The position numbers were made by a program, and so were the translations under genes. A DNA stretch of 64,000 nt from an uncultured Verrucomicrobiae bacterium. GTDB lineage: Bacteria > Verrucomicrobiota > Verrucomicrobiia > Chthoniobacterales > JAFAMB01. The DNA lies in assembly GCA_963837955.1 (NCBI GenBank), contig CAWIPH010000002.1, positions 4,960,001 to 5,024,000 of the forward strand, given 5' to 3'. The notes below the pieces were generated by a model. The model was not told where the DNA came from and did no database searches. It saw only the letters and a program-made list of their open reading frames with translations. How positions within the stretch are numbered: position 1 is the first letter of the stretch; the number at the start of each line of letters is the position of its first letter. Positions 10,342 through 20,453 of the stretch are shown here, one piece after another.

Positions 10342-11559
10342 TCAAATCTCCTCTGGAGCTGCGGCTGGCAGCCGGCTGTTTTCAGAGTTCAGGGTGAACC
10401 GGGCGATGACAAAGGCAATCACCGCGGAGATAGCGATCCCGACGACCATTGGCTTCGGCGCGCCGTCGGCGAAGACGCCAGACACGGCCATCACAGCGGC
10501 GCCCACGCCGAACTGCAACGCTCCCATTAGTGCTGAAGCCGCGCCCGCGATCGCGCCATGATTTTCAACTGACAAAACAGCCGTAGTGGGCAATACGAGG
10601 CCCAGGAACCCATAGCCGACAAACAGGAAAATCATCATGAGCGCCAGACTGTCGGCGCCCGCCACAAACAGCACGGCTAAGATGCTCATAGCAATGGCGA
10701 ACCCAGAGACGGCCACGCGAATGACGCGCGTCAGACCGTATTTAGCGGTCATGCGCGCCGTCAACTGGCTGAAGCCGAAAAAGGCTGCCGCGTTGAGAGC
10801 AAAGCACAGGCTGAACATGGTGGGCGTCAACCCATAATGGTTAGTGATTACGAATGACGCGCTCGCCAGGTAGATAAAAAAGGACGAAACCCCGAACGCG
10901 CCGACCAAAGTCAATCCAAGAAATGCGGGGTCAGTAAGGAGCTTGCGATAGGCCGCGAACACACTTGCCCATGAACTATCGGCGCGATGATGGATTTCCC
11001 GCGTTTCCCGCAACTGGGTAGCAGCAAGCAGGAAGGTGATAGCACCGGCGACGGTCAGTGCCCAGAAGACGCCTCGCCAGCCAAACCCAGCGATGATGAA
11101 GCTTCCAGTGAGAGGCGCCAGGAGCGGGGAAATACTCACAACGAGCATCAGAAGCGACATGAGTCGGGTTGCATCATGGCCGGTGTATAGGTCGCGTGCG
11201 ATCGCGCGAGGAACCACCATACCGGCACACGCGCCCAACGCCTGCAGCACTCGAAAGCCGATCAGCACGTTGACATTCGGTGCCAAAGCGCACCCCACGC
11301 TGCCGACGGTGAATATCGCGAGACCGACATAAATCGGCACCTTGCGCCCGAATATGTCCGAGAGTGGCCCGTAAATGAGCTGGCAGACGCCGAGCGCTAT
11401 AAAAAACACCATGAGGCTCATCTGCACCGCAGCGGGGGTGGCGTGGAGCGCGCCCCCAATCGAGGGCAACGCCGGCAGATACATGTCGATGGCAAATGGA
11501 CCAACGGCGGTGATGAGGCCCAGCACAATGGCAAGGTGAAGAAAGCGTCCTATTTTCAA
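10342..11559 (-). CDS. Bcr/CflA-family MFS drug-efflux transporter
   Basis: PFAIDMYLPALP, GPLSDIFGRK, SPLLAP; 12-TM pattern. Confidence 0.93.
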   Translation of the reverse strand: MKIGRFLHLAIVLGLITAVGPFAIDMYLPALPSIGGALHATPAAVQMSLMVFFIALGVCQLIYGPLSDIFGRKVPIYVGLAIFTVGSVGCALAPNVNVLIGFRVLQALGACAGMVVPRAIARDLYTGHDATRLMSLLMLVVSISPLLAPLTGSFIIAGFGWRGVFWALTVAGAITFLLAATQLRETREIHHRADSSWASVFAAYRKLLTDPAFLGLTLVGAFGVSSFFIYLASASFVITNHYGLTPTMFSLCFALNAAAFFGFSQLTARMTAKYGLTRVIRVAVSGFAIAMSILAVLFVAGADSLALMMIFLFVGYGFLGLVLPTTAVLSVENHGAIAGAASALMGALQFGVGAAVMAVSGVFADGAPKPMVVGIAISAVIAFVIARFTLNSENSRLPAAAPEEI

Positions 11560-11624
11560 AATACTAAGTAATCCCTATCGAATGCCGCACTATTCGGACC
11601 AAACTCCTGAAATAAAATGATGGG

Positions 11625-11886
11625 TCAGCTAACCCGGATGACGACTTTGCCAACCTGTTCGTTCGATTCCAGATATTCGTAAGCGTTGGCGGCATCGGCG
11701 AGGGGAAAGGTCTTGGCGATCCGGAGACGAAGCGACCGTCGCCGAGGCGTCGAAGACGTAGGAGTGGGCTCCGGGCGAGAGTTCGGGGTTCATCAAGACA
11801 TCGCAGGCTCAGCCAATAACCTGCTTTATCGCCGAGAGGTGCGAGGCAAACGGCGCCGGTTGCCCGGAGAGCAATCCGTATTCGAT
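11625..11886 (-). pseudogene. C-terminal remnant of an MDR-family (quinone oxidoreductase-like) gene
   Basis: Minus-strand translation gives IEYGLLSGQPAPF...AHSYVFD...GDGRF and IAKTFPLADAANAYEYLESNEQVGKVVIRVS* (11720-11625), broken by frameshifts; no 5' part. Confidence 0.75.
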
Positions 11887-12128
11887 GGTGATTCGATGAT
11901 TTACCACAGTGCTGAGGAATCTATTCAAGCCTGAGAGGCATTAGAGCCCAATAAAGGCAAGATAAGGCAATTTTTGTCTGAATTGCCGTAATCGTTGACT
12001 CAATCACATCGGTTCGGCCAATCAATCGAGGCATAACCTGATCAAGTCAGTACCTTCTTTGTCAATGTTACGAAGAGCCATTTGGCCAGCACGCCGCAAT
12101 GCCTCCGATATGATTGAGTCAACGATTA

Positions 12129-12255
12129 CGGCAGCCGGAACAAAAAACGGCGGCTGTTCAAAGTACTGAGTTCTAGTAGCTCCCAAACTAAATAGATGCA
12201 GCCGGGCCATCCGGTCAACGCCGCTAGAATTACAACGGGAGTACTATCTATGAAA
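12129..12255 (+). repeat. Duplicated ~125-bp promoter/leader, copy A
   Basis: Near-identical to 14996-15123, including AAGTACTGAGTTCTAGTAGCTCC, GGCCATCCGGTCA and GAATTACAACGGGAGTACTAT-N-TATGAAA. Confidence 0.85.
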
Positions 12256-13497
12256 CTGGGATTTATCTGTCCTAACGCAGCAGGCCACCTCAACCCGATA
12301 ACTGCACTGGCGCGTCAACTTCAGGCACGCAACCATGACGTTGTCTTCCTTTATTCGTCGGGTGCTGCCGGCCTACCGTTTGTGCCTGGTCCCGAGAAGG
12401 ATCACATTGAAGAAACCATAGCCGAAGTGAGCAAGCTGCAGGGAGAGGAAGCTTTTAAATTCGGCATTTCTTGGCTAACGAAACAGACGGAAAGGATATT
12501 GAAATCATTGCCGGCAATTGTCCAAGCAAACCGGGTCGATGCGCTGGTAGTCGATACCGCTCAATTCTATGTTGAATTGGGTGCGATGCAGTTAGGCCTG
12601 CCGTACATCCACGTGTCAGCTGCCATGCACCACGACTACACTGGTTATACTCCCCTTTCCCATAATGGTTGGCCTCACCAGACTACCACTGCAGCTCTGG
12701 CCAGAAACCGGGAGGCTGTCGTGAAGTTTGTTAAACTGCTAGAGACGGTCAACGCAGGCGTCAGGGCATATGCGGAGCGCGCTGGACTAGAAATCGACTG
12801 GGAAGATCCCGGTTCCACTCTTTCCCCGTTAGCATCGATCACCCAGGTTCCCAGAGCCTTCGACTTTGAAAGTTCTCATTGGCCCTCGCAGTTCCATCAC
12901 ACCGGTCCATTCCATGATGGCAAGGGCCGCGAGCAAGTGGATTTCCCCTGGGAGCGATTAACTGGGGAACCGCTGATCTACGCTTCAATGGGGACGGTAA
13001 TGAATGGCCGGGTGGATGTCTTTCGCACGATAGTAGCTGCCCTGACGAAGCATAAAGATTTGCAACTAGTGCTTTCCGTGGGCGGTCAGGTCGATTCGGA
13101 GCAGATCGGACCGGTTCCCAAGAACGCAATCATCGTAAAGCAGGCGCCACAATTGGATTTGCTGAAGCGAACGTCGGTCTGTATAACCCATGCGGGATTG
13201 AACACAGTGTTGGAGTCTCTGACTCAAGGTGTGCCGCAAATAGCCATTCCGGTAGGCCTGGATCAACCCGGCGTAGCCGCCAGAATCGCCGACAAGAAAA
13301 CGGGCGTAGTCATCTCGTTAGACAAGTTAACCGCCGAGCATCTCTCAACCTTGTTAGATGAGGTGCTAACCGACTCCACCTATCGGGATAATGCAGGTAA
13401 GTTGCAGAAGGCCATCGCTAAAGCCAACGGACTCTCTGTCGCCGCTGATCTCATAGAAGAATCCCTGGGGGTGACTGCGACGGTCGCCAAAGTGTAA
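12250..13497 (+). CDS. GT1 glycosyltransferase (MGT/CrtX-like)
   Basis: GHLNP, YASMGT, APQLDLL, ITHAGLNTVLESL, DQPGVA; ATG 12250 preceded by GGGAG. Confidence 0.9.
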   Translation: MKLGFICPNAAGHLNPITALARQLQARNHDVVFLYSSGAAGLPFVPGPEKDHIEETIAEVSKLQGEEAFKFGISWLTKQTERILKSLPAIVQANRVDALVVDTAQFYVELGAMQLGLPYIHVSAAMHHDYTGYTPLSHNGWPHQTTTAALARNREAVVKFVKLLETVNAGVRAYAERAGLEIDWEDPGSTLSPLASITQVPRAFDFESSHWPSQFHHTGPFHDGKGREQVDFPWERLTGEPLIYASMGTVMNGRVDVFRTIVAALTKHKDLQLVLSVGGQVDSEQIGPVPKNAIIVKQAPQLDLLKRTSVCITHAGLNTVLESLTQGVPQIAIPVGLDQPGVAARIADKKTGVVISLDKLTAEHLSTLLDEVLTDSTYRDNAGKLQKAIAKANGLSVAADLIEESLGVTATVAKV

Positions 13498-13691
13498 GGA
13501 GGGCGCGAGCACACCTACTCCAGCTTTATCCATGCAATTTGTCGCAACCAAAACTAACGCCGCCACCATTACTGCGGCTGCCCTTCGCTCGTTCGATAGT
13601 ACACCCGACCCACGTACTAAGGAGCTTTTGCAGTCGGGCAAGAAGTGTGAAGTTCGTACTTTGGACTCAAAGCATTAGAAGATTCACATTT

Positions 13692-14825
13692 ATGTCGGAT
13701 GGCTTTACCCGGCGAGATCTGTTAAAAGGTTCGGGATTTATTCTCGGGGCCGGGGTACTCGCGCTGGAACGTCTCTTCGCGGATGTCTCTAAACTCACGC
13801 CATCATCGAAGGCGGAGCCAGTCGTAAGACTTTCTCTGAACGAGAATCCATACGGTCCATCGCCAAATGTCGCGCGTGCCCTCCAACTGGAGTTCGGCCG
13901 ATTAAGCCGCTATGCAGATGAACCTCTGACTCGTCATCTCGCCGAGCAGATTGCCGAACATGAACATATTCCAGTGGAGCAGGTAGTGCTTGGGGAGATC
14001 CTTGACCTGCTGGGATTATTTCTCGGCAGCTCAGGCGGTCCGGGCGGCGAGTTCCTGTACTCTACTCCCGGTTATCTTGCGCTTGTCGATGCTGCAGCGC
14101 ACGTGGGTGGCATCGGCGTTCCAGTCCCCTTAAATGCGCAATACCAGAATGACCTGATAGCGCTGAAATCAAAGGTGAATGCTAAGACGCGCGCCATCTA
14201 TCTAATAAATCCCCATAATCCTACTGGAACGACTAACGATGATGAGGCGTTTAAGAGCTTCCTTCGCGAAAGCTCACAGAGCGCAGTGGTAGTCGTGGAT
14301 GAAGCGTATCTTGAATACACGTCTGATTTCACGACACGATCCGCGGTTTCGCTTGTGCACGAAGGAGCCAACGTTGTTGTTTTCCGTACCTTTGACAAGA
14401 TACATGGGCTTGCCGGCATGCCTATTGGTTACGTGTTGGCTCCACGCTCGCTCGCCGAAGCGCTGCGCAAGCTAGGCGCGGGTGATGCCGAAGGCCTAGG
14501 CCGTCTGAATCTGGTCGCGGCTTCCGTCGCACTTGCCGACACGACGCAGGTGGAGCATACCCGCAGAGCTATTGCCAACGAACGAGAGCTTTGGCTCTCT
14601 GTGTTACGCGACCTCAATCTGCCACATACAGATACGCGTACGAACTTCGTGTTTTTCGATTCGGGACGGCCACAACCTGCATTGGCAGCCGCGATGCGTG
14701 AGCGAGGTATAGATATTGGACGCGCGCACGCTCCGTACGCCAATTGGGCTCGTATTACGATCGGTTTACCGTCGGAAAATCTTCGTGCTCAAAATGCCCT
14801 CCGGGCCAGTCTTACGGGAAGCTAG
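13692..14825 (+). CDS. Tat-signal-bearing HisC-like PLP fold-type I protein
   Basis: TRRDLLK twin-arginine signal; LSLNENPYGP, NPHNPTG, VDEAY, RTFDK. Confidence 0.85.
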   Translation: MSDGFTRRDLLKGSGFILGAGVLALERLFADVSKLTPSSKAEPVVRLSLNENPYGPSPNVARALQLEFGRLSRYADEPLTRHLAEQIAEHEHIPVEQVVLGEILDLLGLFLGSSGGPGGEFLYSTPGYLALVDAAAHVGGIGVPVPLNAQYQNDLIALKSKVNAKTRAIYLINPHNPTGTTNDDEAFKSFLRESSQSAVVVVDEAYLEYTSDFTTRSAVSLVHEGANVVVFRTFDKIHGLAGMPIGYVLAPRSLAEALRKLGAGDAEGLGRLNLVAASVALADTTQVEHTRRAIANERELWLSVLRDLNLPHTDTRTNFVFFDSGRPQPALAAAMRERGIDIGRAHAPYANWARITIGLPSENLRAQNALRASLTGS

Positions 14826-14995
14826 AAATCAGTCTCGAGGTAGACAGGATCAGATCTTAAAATATGCGACGACTGAGACAAGTATAGTGAGGATGGGGTA
14901 AGTTTTCCTCATACTCTTTTAATGCGAGAGCTATCACGTGCTCGCGGTTAAAATTGTTACGCCCCGACCTATTTCGATGGCTCGAACAAGGTTTG

Positions 14996-15123
14996 CGGCA
15001 GCCGGAACAAAAGAAGGCGGGTATTCGAAGTACTGAGTTCTAGTAGCTCCTAACTAAAAAGATGCAGGCGGCCATCCGGTCACCGGCGCTGCCAGAATTA
15101 CAACGGGAGTACTATTTATGAAA
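14996..15123 (+). repeat. Duplicated ~125-bp promoter/leader, copy B
   Basis: Near-identical to 12129-12255. Confidence 0.85.
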
Positions 15124-15540
15124 TTGAGCTCGGAATTGAAATCAGCAGACCTGGAAGGAGAAGATCTAAGCAGAGAGATCCTCGCCTGCGAGAACAAAGT
15201 GTACGAGACCTTCCTCGGACCCCAACCCGACGTAGAAGCCTGGCAAAAGCTGACATTGTCAGACTACGTTTACATTAACCACAGGGGTGTCATCTGGAAC
15301 AGAGAGGAAAACGCTATTTCCCTAAAGAGCGGTGTCGTTTTTTCGTCTATTGAAATCAAAAATTCGCAGGTCAGGAAGCTTTCATCGACCTCAGCCCTGA
15401 TCATCGCCCGGGTTCTCATCGAAGCCGCAGCTGGCGGAAATGATCTCTCCACCGAAACACTAACCGCCACCGTCTGGGTCAAAAAGGATGGCAAATGGTT
15501 GGCTCAACTGCATACCTCAGTCAAGGTGGCACAAGACTAA
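15118..15540 (+). CDS. NTF2-like / DUF4440-type protein
   Basis: LSDYVYINHRG, TVWVKKDGKWLAQLH C-terminal strand pattern. Confidence 0.75.
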   Translation: MKLSSELKSADLEGEDLSREILACENKVYETFLGPQPDVEAWQKLTLSDYVYINHRGVIWNREENAISLKSGVVFSSIEIKNSQVRKLSSTSALIIARVLIEAAAGGNDLSTETLTATVWVKKDGKWLAQLHTSVKVAQD

Positions 15541-15771
15541 ATCGATGTGAGATGGCTCACGGATGAAGATGGCGGCGCAACGACAGCGCTTGCCATACCC
15601 AGCCGTCTTCGGTGAAGACGCGCGACACATACCCCTGGCAGCAGGAATCTTTTAATTGGCGGGGGGCGCTAGACACGTTCGTTCTCTGCTGGCGTCCACA
15701 GGGCTCGCGCTCCTCTCTCACTGCAGCTGCGCTCCGCACGCCTCTTCGATGGCTCGCTTTGGAGCGCCCGA

Positions 15772-16818
15772 TCAAGCCGGTGCCGGATTGCGCTCGGTAA
15801 AGCCGCGCTGGTGAAAATAAGGATAAATCAGCGGCCTGGCACTAGCGGTATCCAGTCTAGCGATTTGTTCGGGTGCCAAATTCCAACCCACCGCACCCAG
15901 GTTCTGGCGTAGCTGTTGCTCGTCCCGCGCCCCAATGACGATGTTAGCCACGGTCGGTCTCTGGAGCAACCAGTTGAGGGCGATCTGCGGTACGGTCTTG
16001 CCGGTCTCCGCAGCAATTTTGTCGAGGGCATCCACCACGCGATAGAGATACTCGTCATCGGCTGGCGGAGCCATGTCAGCCACTGCTTGATTCCGGAGAC
16101 GGCTGACCTCCGGTAGGGGTTGGCCGCGTCGGATTTTTCCGGTGAGCCGAGCCCAACCGAGCGGACTCCAAACTACCGCACCGACCTTTTGATCCAGGCC
16201 CAGCGGCATCAACTCCCATTCGTACTCTCGTCCGATCAACGAGTAATATGCTTGATGCGCAACGTACCGTGCCAGTCCATATTTTTCTGAGACAGCGAGC
16301 GATTTCATCAAGTGCCAGCCGGAGAAATTGGAACAGCCGATGTAGCGAATCTTACCAGCCCGCACTAAATCGTCGAGGACACTCAGCGTTTCCTCGACTG
16401 GAGTCATCGCATCGAAGCCATGCAATTGGAAAAGGTCAATGTAGTCGGTGCCGAGACGGCGCAGGCTACCTTCCACCGACCGGATGAGATGGTACCGTGA
16501 CGAACCGACCTCGTTTGGTCCATCGCCCCAACGGAAGGTCGCCTTGGTTGAAATAATCACCTGATCCCGCCGCCCGGCAATCGCCTTGCCCAGAATTTCT
16601 TCGGCTGCACCGGCCGAGTAAACGTCCGCACTATCGAACATGTTGAGCCCGTTCTCCAGGCAGATATCGATCAGGTGGGTGGCATGTTTCACGTCGCTAG
16701 CACCCCAGGCGCGAAAAAAATCGTTTCCAGCGCCAAATGTCCCTGTGCCAAGACTCAGGACCGGCACTTTAAATCCCGAACCGCCCAATTGTCTGAATTC
16801 CATGCGTATTGATTCCAT
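15772..16818 (-). CDS. Aldo/keto reductase
   Basis: LSLGTGTFG, FDSADVY, SLRRLGTDYIDLFQLH, GCSNF, WSPLG; start may be 16803. Confidence 0.94.
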   Translation of the reverse strand: MESIRMEFRQLGGSGFKVPVLSLGTGTFGAGNDFFRAWGASDVKHATHLIDICLENGLNMFDSADVYSAGAAEEILGKAIAGRRDQVIISTKATFRWGDGPNEVGSSRYHLIRSVEGSLRRLGTDYIDLFQLHGFDAMTPVEETLSVLDDLVRAGKIRYIGCSNFSGWHLMKSLAVSEKYGLARYVAHQAYYSLIGREYEWELMPLGLDQKVGAVVWSPLGWARLTGKIRRGQPLPEVSRLRNQAVADMAPPADDEYLYRVVDALDKIAAETGKTVPQIALNWLLQRPTVANIVIGARDEQQLRQNLGAVGWNLAPEQIARLDTASARPLIYPYFHQRGFTERNPAPA

Positions 16819-17181
16819 TTAAAGTTGGATGCGCCAAGCGGAACGAGGTTCCATTGTTCGCTGTCGATCGAACCATAGTGGCGGTGGTTGGAGCGTCAAT
16901 GGGTTTATCAACACGATCTTCCGTTTCTTCCCGTCTGAGGGATTCTTTTTTTGCGGTGCGGGACAATTCACTAACTTGTCTTCAGCTCCTGCGAAGAGCT
17001 CCCAATGCCGCTGAATCTCGGCAGTTAAGACAATGATTACGGCCGGTGGGACAAGAAAAGACCTGTTTTTCAAATCCTGAGTGAATATCGAGAAATCTCC
17101 GTCAACGCGGCACGATTCGCCTAAGCGAGAACGGCAAGAAGAATCCCCGGATTGTGCGGCAGAACTAAGGGGCAGCTTACT

Positions 17182-17943
17182 ATGAGATCATCGTTTGCGG
17201 GAAAAGTTGCATTGATCACTGGCGGAACCTCAGGGATCGGGAGGGCCACCGCCGTCGCCTTTGCTGAACAAGGCGCAAGCGTCGTTGTTGCTGGTCGCCG
17301 CGAGGCCGAGGGAGCGGAGTCGGTCGCACTCATTGAGAAGGCTGGCGGCAACGGATTATTTGTCCGGACGGACGTGATTAGCGAGGGACAGATTGCAAGG
17401 TTAGTGGCTCGGACGGTCGAACATTTCGGCCAGCTTGATTTCGCCTTCAACAACGCAGGGATTGGCGGAGAGGCCGGCTCGGGCGTGGGGATCGCGAACA
17501 CCGGCGAGATCTTTGACCGCTTCATGAACACCAACGTTCGCAGTGTCTTTTTCGGCATGAAACATCAGATCCCTGCGCTTCTCCGATCCGGCGGCGGGGC
17601 AATCGTTAATAATGCTTCTGTAGCTGCCCTGAGGCCGGTCGCCGACGCCCCGATTTACAGCGCGAGCAAGCTCGCAGTGGTCGGCCTCACAAAATCAGTG
17701 GCACTCGAGTTCGCTGCCAAAGGCATACGCGTAAATGCCGTCTGTCCGGCACTCATCGAAACGGATATGACCGAGCGATTCCGCCACAATGATCAGACTC
17801 ACAGTCGTGTGCTGGCGATGCACCCAATCGGTCGCTTTGGTTATCCGGAAGAGGTAGCGGCAGCGGTCCTTTATCTCTGCTCGCCGCAGGCCGCATTTAT
17901 CACCGGAGTCGCATTGCCGCTGGACGGAGGTCTGGCCGCGTAA
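17182..17943 (+). CDS. SDR-family oxidoreductase
   Basis: TGGTSGIG, FNNAG, YSASK, HPIGRFGYPEEVA. Confidence 0.93.
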   Translation: MRSSFAGKVALITGGTSGIGRATAVAFAEQGASVVVAGRREAEGAESVALIEKAGGNGLFVRTDVISEGQIARLVARTVEHFGQLDFAFNNAGIGGEAGSGVGIANTGEIFDRFMNTNVRSVFFGMKHQIPALLRSGGGAIVNNASVAALRPVADAPIYSASKLAVVGLTKSVALEFAAKGIRVNAVCPALIETDMTERFRHNDQTHSRVLAMHPIGRFGYPEEVAAAVLYLCSPQAAFITGVALPLDGGLAA

Positions 17944-18026
17944 GCCTGGTTCGGTCGAGGTAAGCTGCGACCGAGCCACCGAAACGCAGGGGCGATACAT
18001 ATATTTTAGAAAGAATCCTATATTCT

Positions 18027-19043
18027 ATGTCTTTGAGGCAATGCACTTTTTCCGAATCGGACTGGACCGCACTCGCTCCATATTGGTATCCTGTGGCCTT
18101 CTCTCATGAGGTGACGGAAAAACCGATTGCCGCACAACTCCTTGATCAGCGTCTGGTGCTCTACCGGCTGGCCAACGGGAAGGTGACTGCGGCACGCGAT
18201 CTTTGCCTGCACCGTGGCATCCCTTTGAGCATGGGGTTCTTGGAAGGAGAAACGCTCGTCTGCGCCTACCATGGATTCCGCTACGATGGCGAGGGTCGTT
18301 GCGTATGCATACCGGCACATCCGGGTGCGGCAATTCCTCCTAAGCTAAAGCTGCAGACCTATCCGACGCAGGAGCGATATGGATTAGTGTGGACCCGATT
18401 GGTTAATGATGGACCTAAGAACTTGCCCGAATTCGATGAATGGTACGACCCTGATTATCTACAGGTGCTTCCAAACAGCATCGAGTTGGAGGCGGCAGCC
18501 GGACGGCAGATCGAAGGATTCCTGGATGTTGGTCACTTTGCTTTTGTGCATGTTGAAACTTTTGGAGACCGGACTAATCCGGAAGTACCAGCTTACGCGG
18601 TGACACCGACAGTAAATGGTTTTCAGGCAGATTACTTGAGTACGGTCAGCAACTATCCAAAGCGACTCAAGCACCTAAATCCACCTGGGTTCAAGTGGCG
18701 CCGGCTGTTCGACGTTTTTTTGCCCTTCACAGCGAAATTATCAGTCTTTTTCCCGAAAGATGGCCGGCTGCATATTCTCAACGCAGCGTGTCCAGTCTCG
18801 GCCCGGAAAACGCGTGTGTTTGTGCCTATTTGCCGCAATTTCGATAGGGATGCGCCGGTGCAGGACACGCTCGATTTTAATCAACAAGTCTTCGCCGAGG
18901 ATAAAGTAATCGTAGAACAACAATATCCTGAAGATTTGCCAATTGACCTTCAGGAGGAAGTGCATATCCGGGCCGACCGCAGTTCCATTACGTATCGGCA
19001 GAAACTCGCCGCTTTGAGACTAGGTAGAACTTTCACAGCATAG
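18027..19043 (+). CDS. Rieske non-heme iron oxygenase alpha subunit (VanA/demethylase-like)
   Basis: CLHRG...CAYHG Rieske ligands; DVGHFAFVH and FAED mononuclear iron motifs. Confidence 0.92.
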   Translation: MSLRQCTFSESDWTALAPYWYPVAFSHEVTEKPIAAQLLDQRLVLYRLANGKVTAARDLCLHRGIPLSMGFLEGETLVCAYHGFRYDGEGRCVCIPAHPGAAIPPKLKLQTYPTQERYGLVWTRLVNDGPKNLPEFDEWYDPDYLQVLPNSIELEAAAGRQIEGFLDVGHFAFVHVETFGDRTNPEVPAYAVTPTVNGFQADYLSTVSNYPKRLKHLNPPGFKWRRLFDVFLPFTAKLSVFFPKDGRLHILNAACPVSARKTRVFVPICRNFDRDAPVQDTLDFNQQVFAEDKVIVEQQYPEDLPIDLQEEVHIRADRSSITYRQKLAALRLGRTFTA

Positions 19044-19104
19044 ACATCGTATCCTGGACTCAGGAGAGAGAGGAACGAGGACGCATATCAACGAAGAGCG
19101 CCTC

Positions 19105-19245
19105 ATGGAAGATCACACTCACATTGAATGGAGTCGATCTTCATTACCGGACTATCGGCGACGGCCCTACGCCTTTCGTTGTGTCTCCAGGCTGGTGATT
19201 AGCTTGCGGCTACTTGCAGCACGTTTGGCAGCTTTTGCGCGAAAC
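19105..19245 (+). pseudogene. N-terminal remnant of an alpha/beta-hydrolase gene
   Basis: TLNGVDLHYRTIGDGPTPFVVSPGW*LACGYLQ, out of frame with ATG 19105 and with an internal stop. Confidence 0.55.
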
Positions 19246-19253
19246 CGCCGCGT

Positions 19254-20453
19254 TTACACCTTGTTTTTGTTGTAAACGTCGAAGATCACGGCCGCCAGTA
19301 ACACCAGTCCTTTGACCACCTGCTGCCAGTCGATACCGACACCCATGATGGACATGCCGTTATTCATGACGCCCATAATGAAGGCCCCGATGACTGCCCC
19401 CATTACCTTTCCGACGCCACCGGAAGCTGAAGCGCCCCCAATAAAAACGGCGGCGATCACATCCAGTTCGAATCCGACGCCCGCTTTTGGAGTCGCGGTA
19501 TTGAGACGGGCTGCGAAAATGAGCCCGGCGAGCGCAGCTAGCGCACCCATGGTGATGAAGGTGCCAAAGGTCAACCGCTCGGTCTTGATGCCGGAGAGTT
19601 TGGCCGCCTTTTCATTGCCGCCCAGCGCGTAGATGCGGCGGCCGACCGTGGTCCGCAACGTGATGAAAGCGAAGAGGGCGATCAAAATACCCATCACGAT
19701 CAGGACGTTTGGTAGCCCCTTGTAGGACGCCAGTTGATAACTTAGATAGAGGACCAGACCCGAAACGATTGCGTTCTCCAGAATAAAGAGCGCGAGAGAC
19801 CCGCCGCGAAACCCGTGTTTCTCGCGATTGAGTCGCGTTCGGAGACTCACGCCAAACATCCCGACCGCAATTAAGGCGCCGATCAGCATCGACATCGTGC
19901 GGAAGCCCGCGTTACCGAACGGATCGGGAATAAAGCCAGAGCTCAGTAGTTGAAATTGCACTGGGAATGGCCCGATCGAATTGCCGCCCAGCAACGCCAG
20001 GGTCAACCCTCTAAAGACCAGCATCCCGGCTAAGGTGACTATGAAGGAAGGTATTTTGTGGTAGGCAATCCAATAACCTTGGGCTGCGCCAATGGCGCCC
20101 CCCACGATGAGGCAGAGAATCGCTGCCAACAGGAAATTCATGTCGGCCCGCACCATCATCACCGACGCAAGCGCACCTATAAAACCGGCAACCGAACCGA
20201 CCGACAGGTCAATGTGACCAGCGACGATGACCAAGAGCATGCCCAACGCCATGATCACCACGTAGCTGTTCTGGAGTACGAGGTTGGTAAGGTTCAGGGG
20301 CTTGAACAGCGTGCCATTCGTCGCAATTTGAAAAAAGATCATGATCGCGATCAGCGCGATCATGAGACCGTATTCTCGGAAATTGCCTCGCACTACGTTC
20401 TTGGTCTTGGCTGGCTTGGGAGCGGCTGCGACTGCTTCTGCTTGCGTGTTCAT
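19254..20453 (-). CDS. gguB: Multiple monosaccharide ABC transporter permease
   Basis: [48 protein letters not shown]; operon with chvE. Confidence 0.9.
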   Translation of the reverse strand: MNTQAEAVAAAPKPAKTKNVVRGNFREYGLMIALIAIMIFFQIATNGTLFKPLNLTNLVLQNSYVVIMALGMLLVIVAGHIDLSVGSVAGFIGALASVMMVRADMNFLLAAILCLIVGGAIGAAQGYWIAYHKIPSFIVTLAGMLVFRGLTLALLGGNSIGPFPVQFQLLSSGFIPDPFGNAGFRTMSMLIGALIAVGMFGVSLRTRLNREKHGFRGGSLALFILENAIVSGLVLYLSYQLASYKGLPNVLIVMGILIALFAFITLRTTVGRRIYALGGNEKAAKLSGIKTERLTFGTFITMGALAALAGLIFAARLNTATPKAGVGFELDVIAAVFIGGASASGGVGKVMGAVIGAFIMGVMNNGMSIMGVGIDWQQVVKGLVLLAAVIFDVYNKNKV

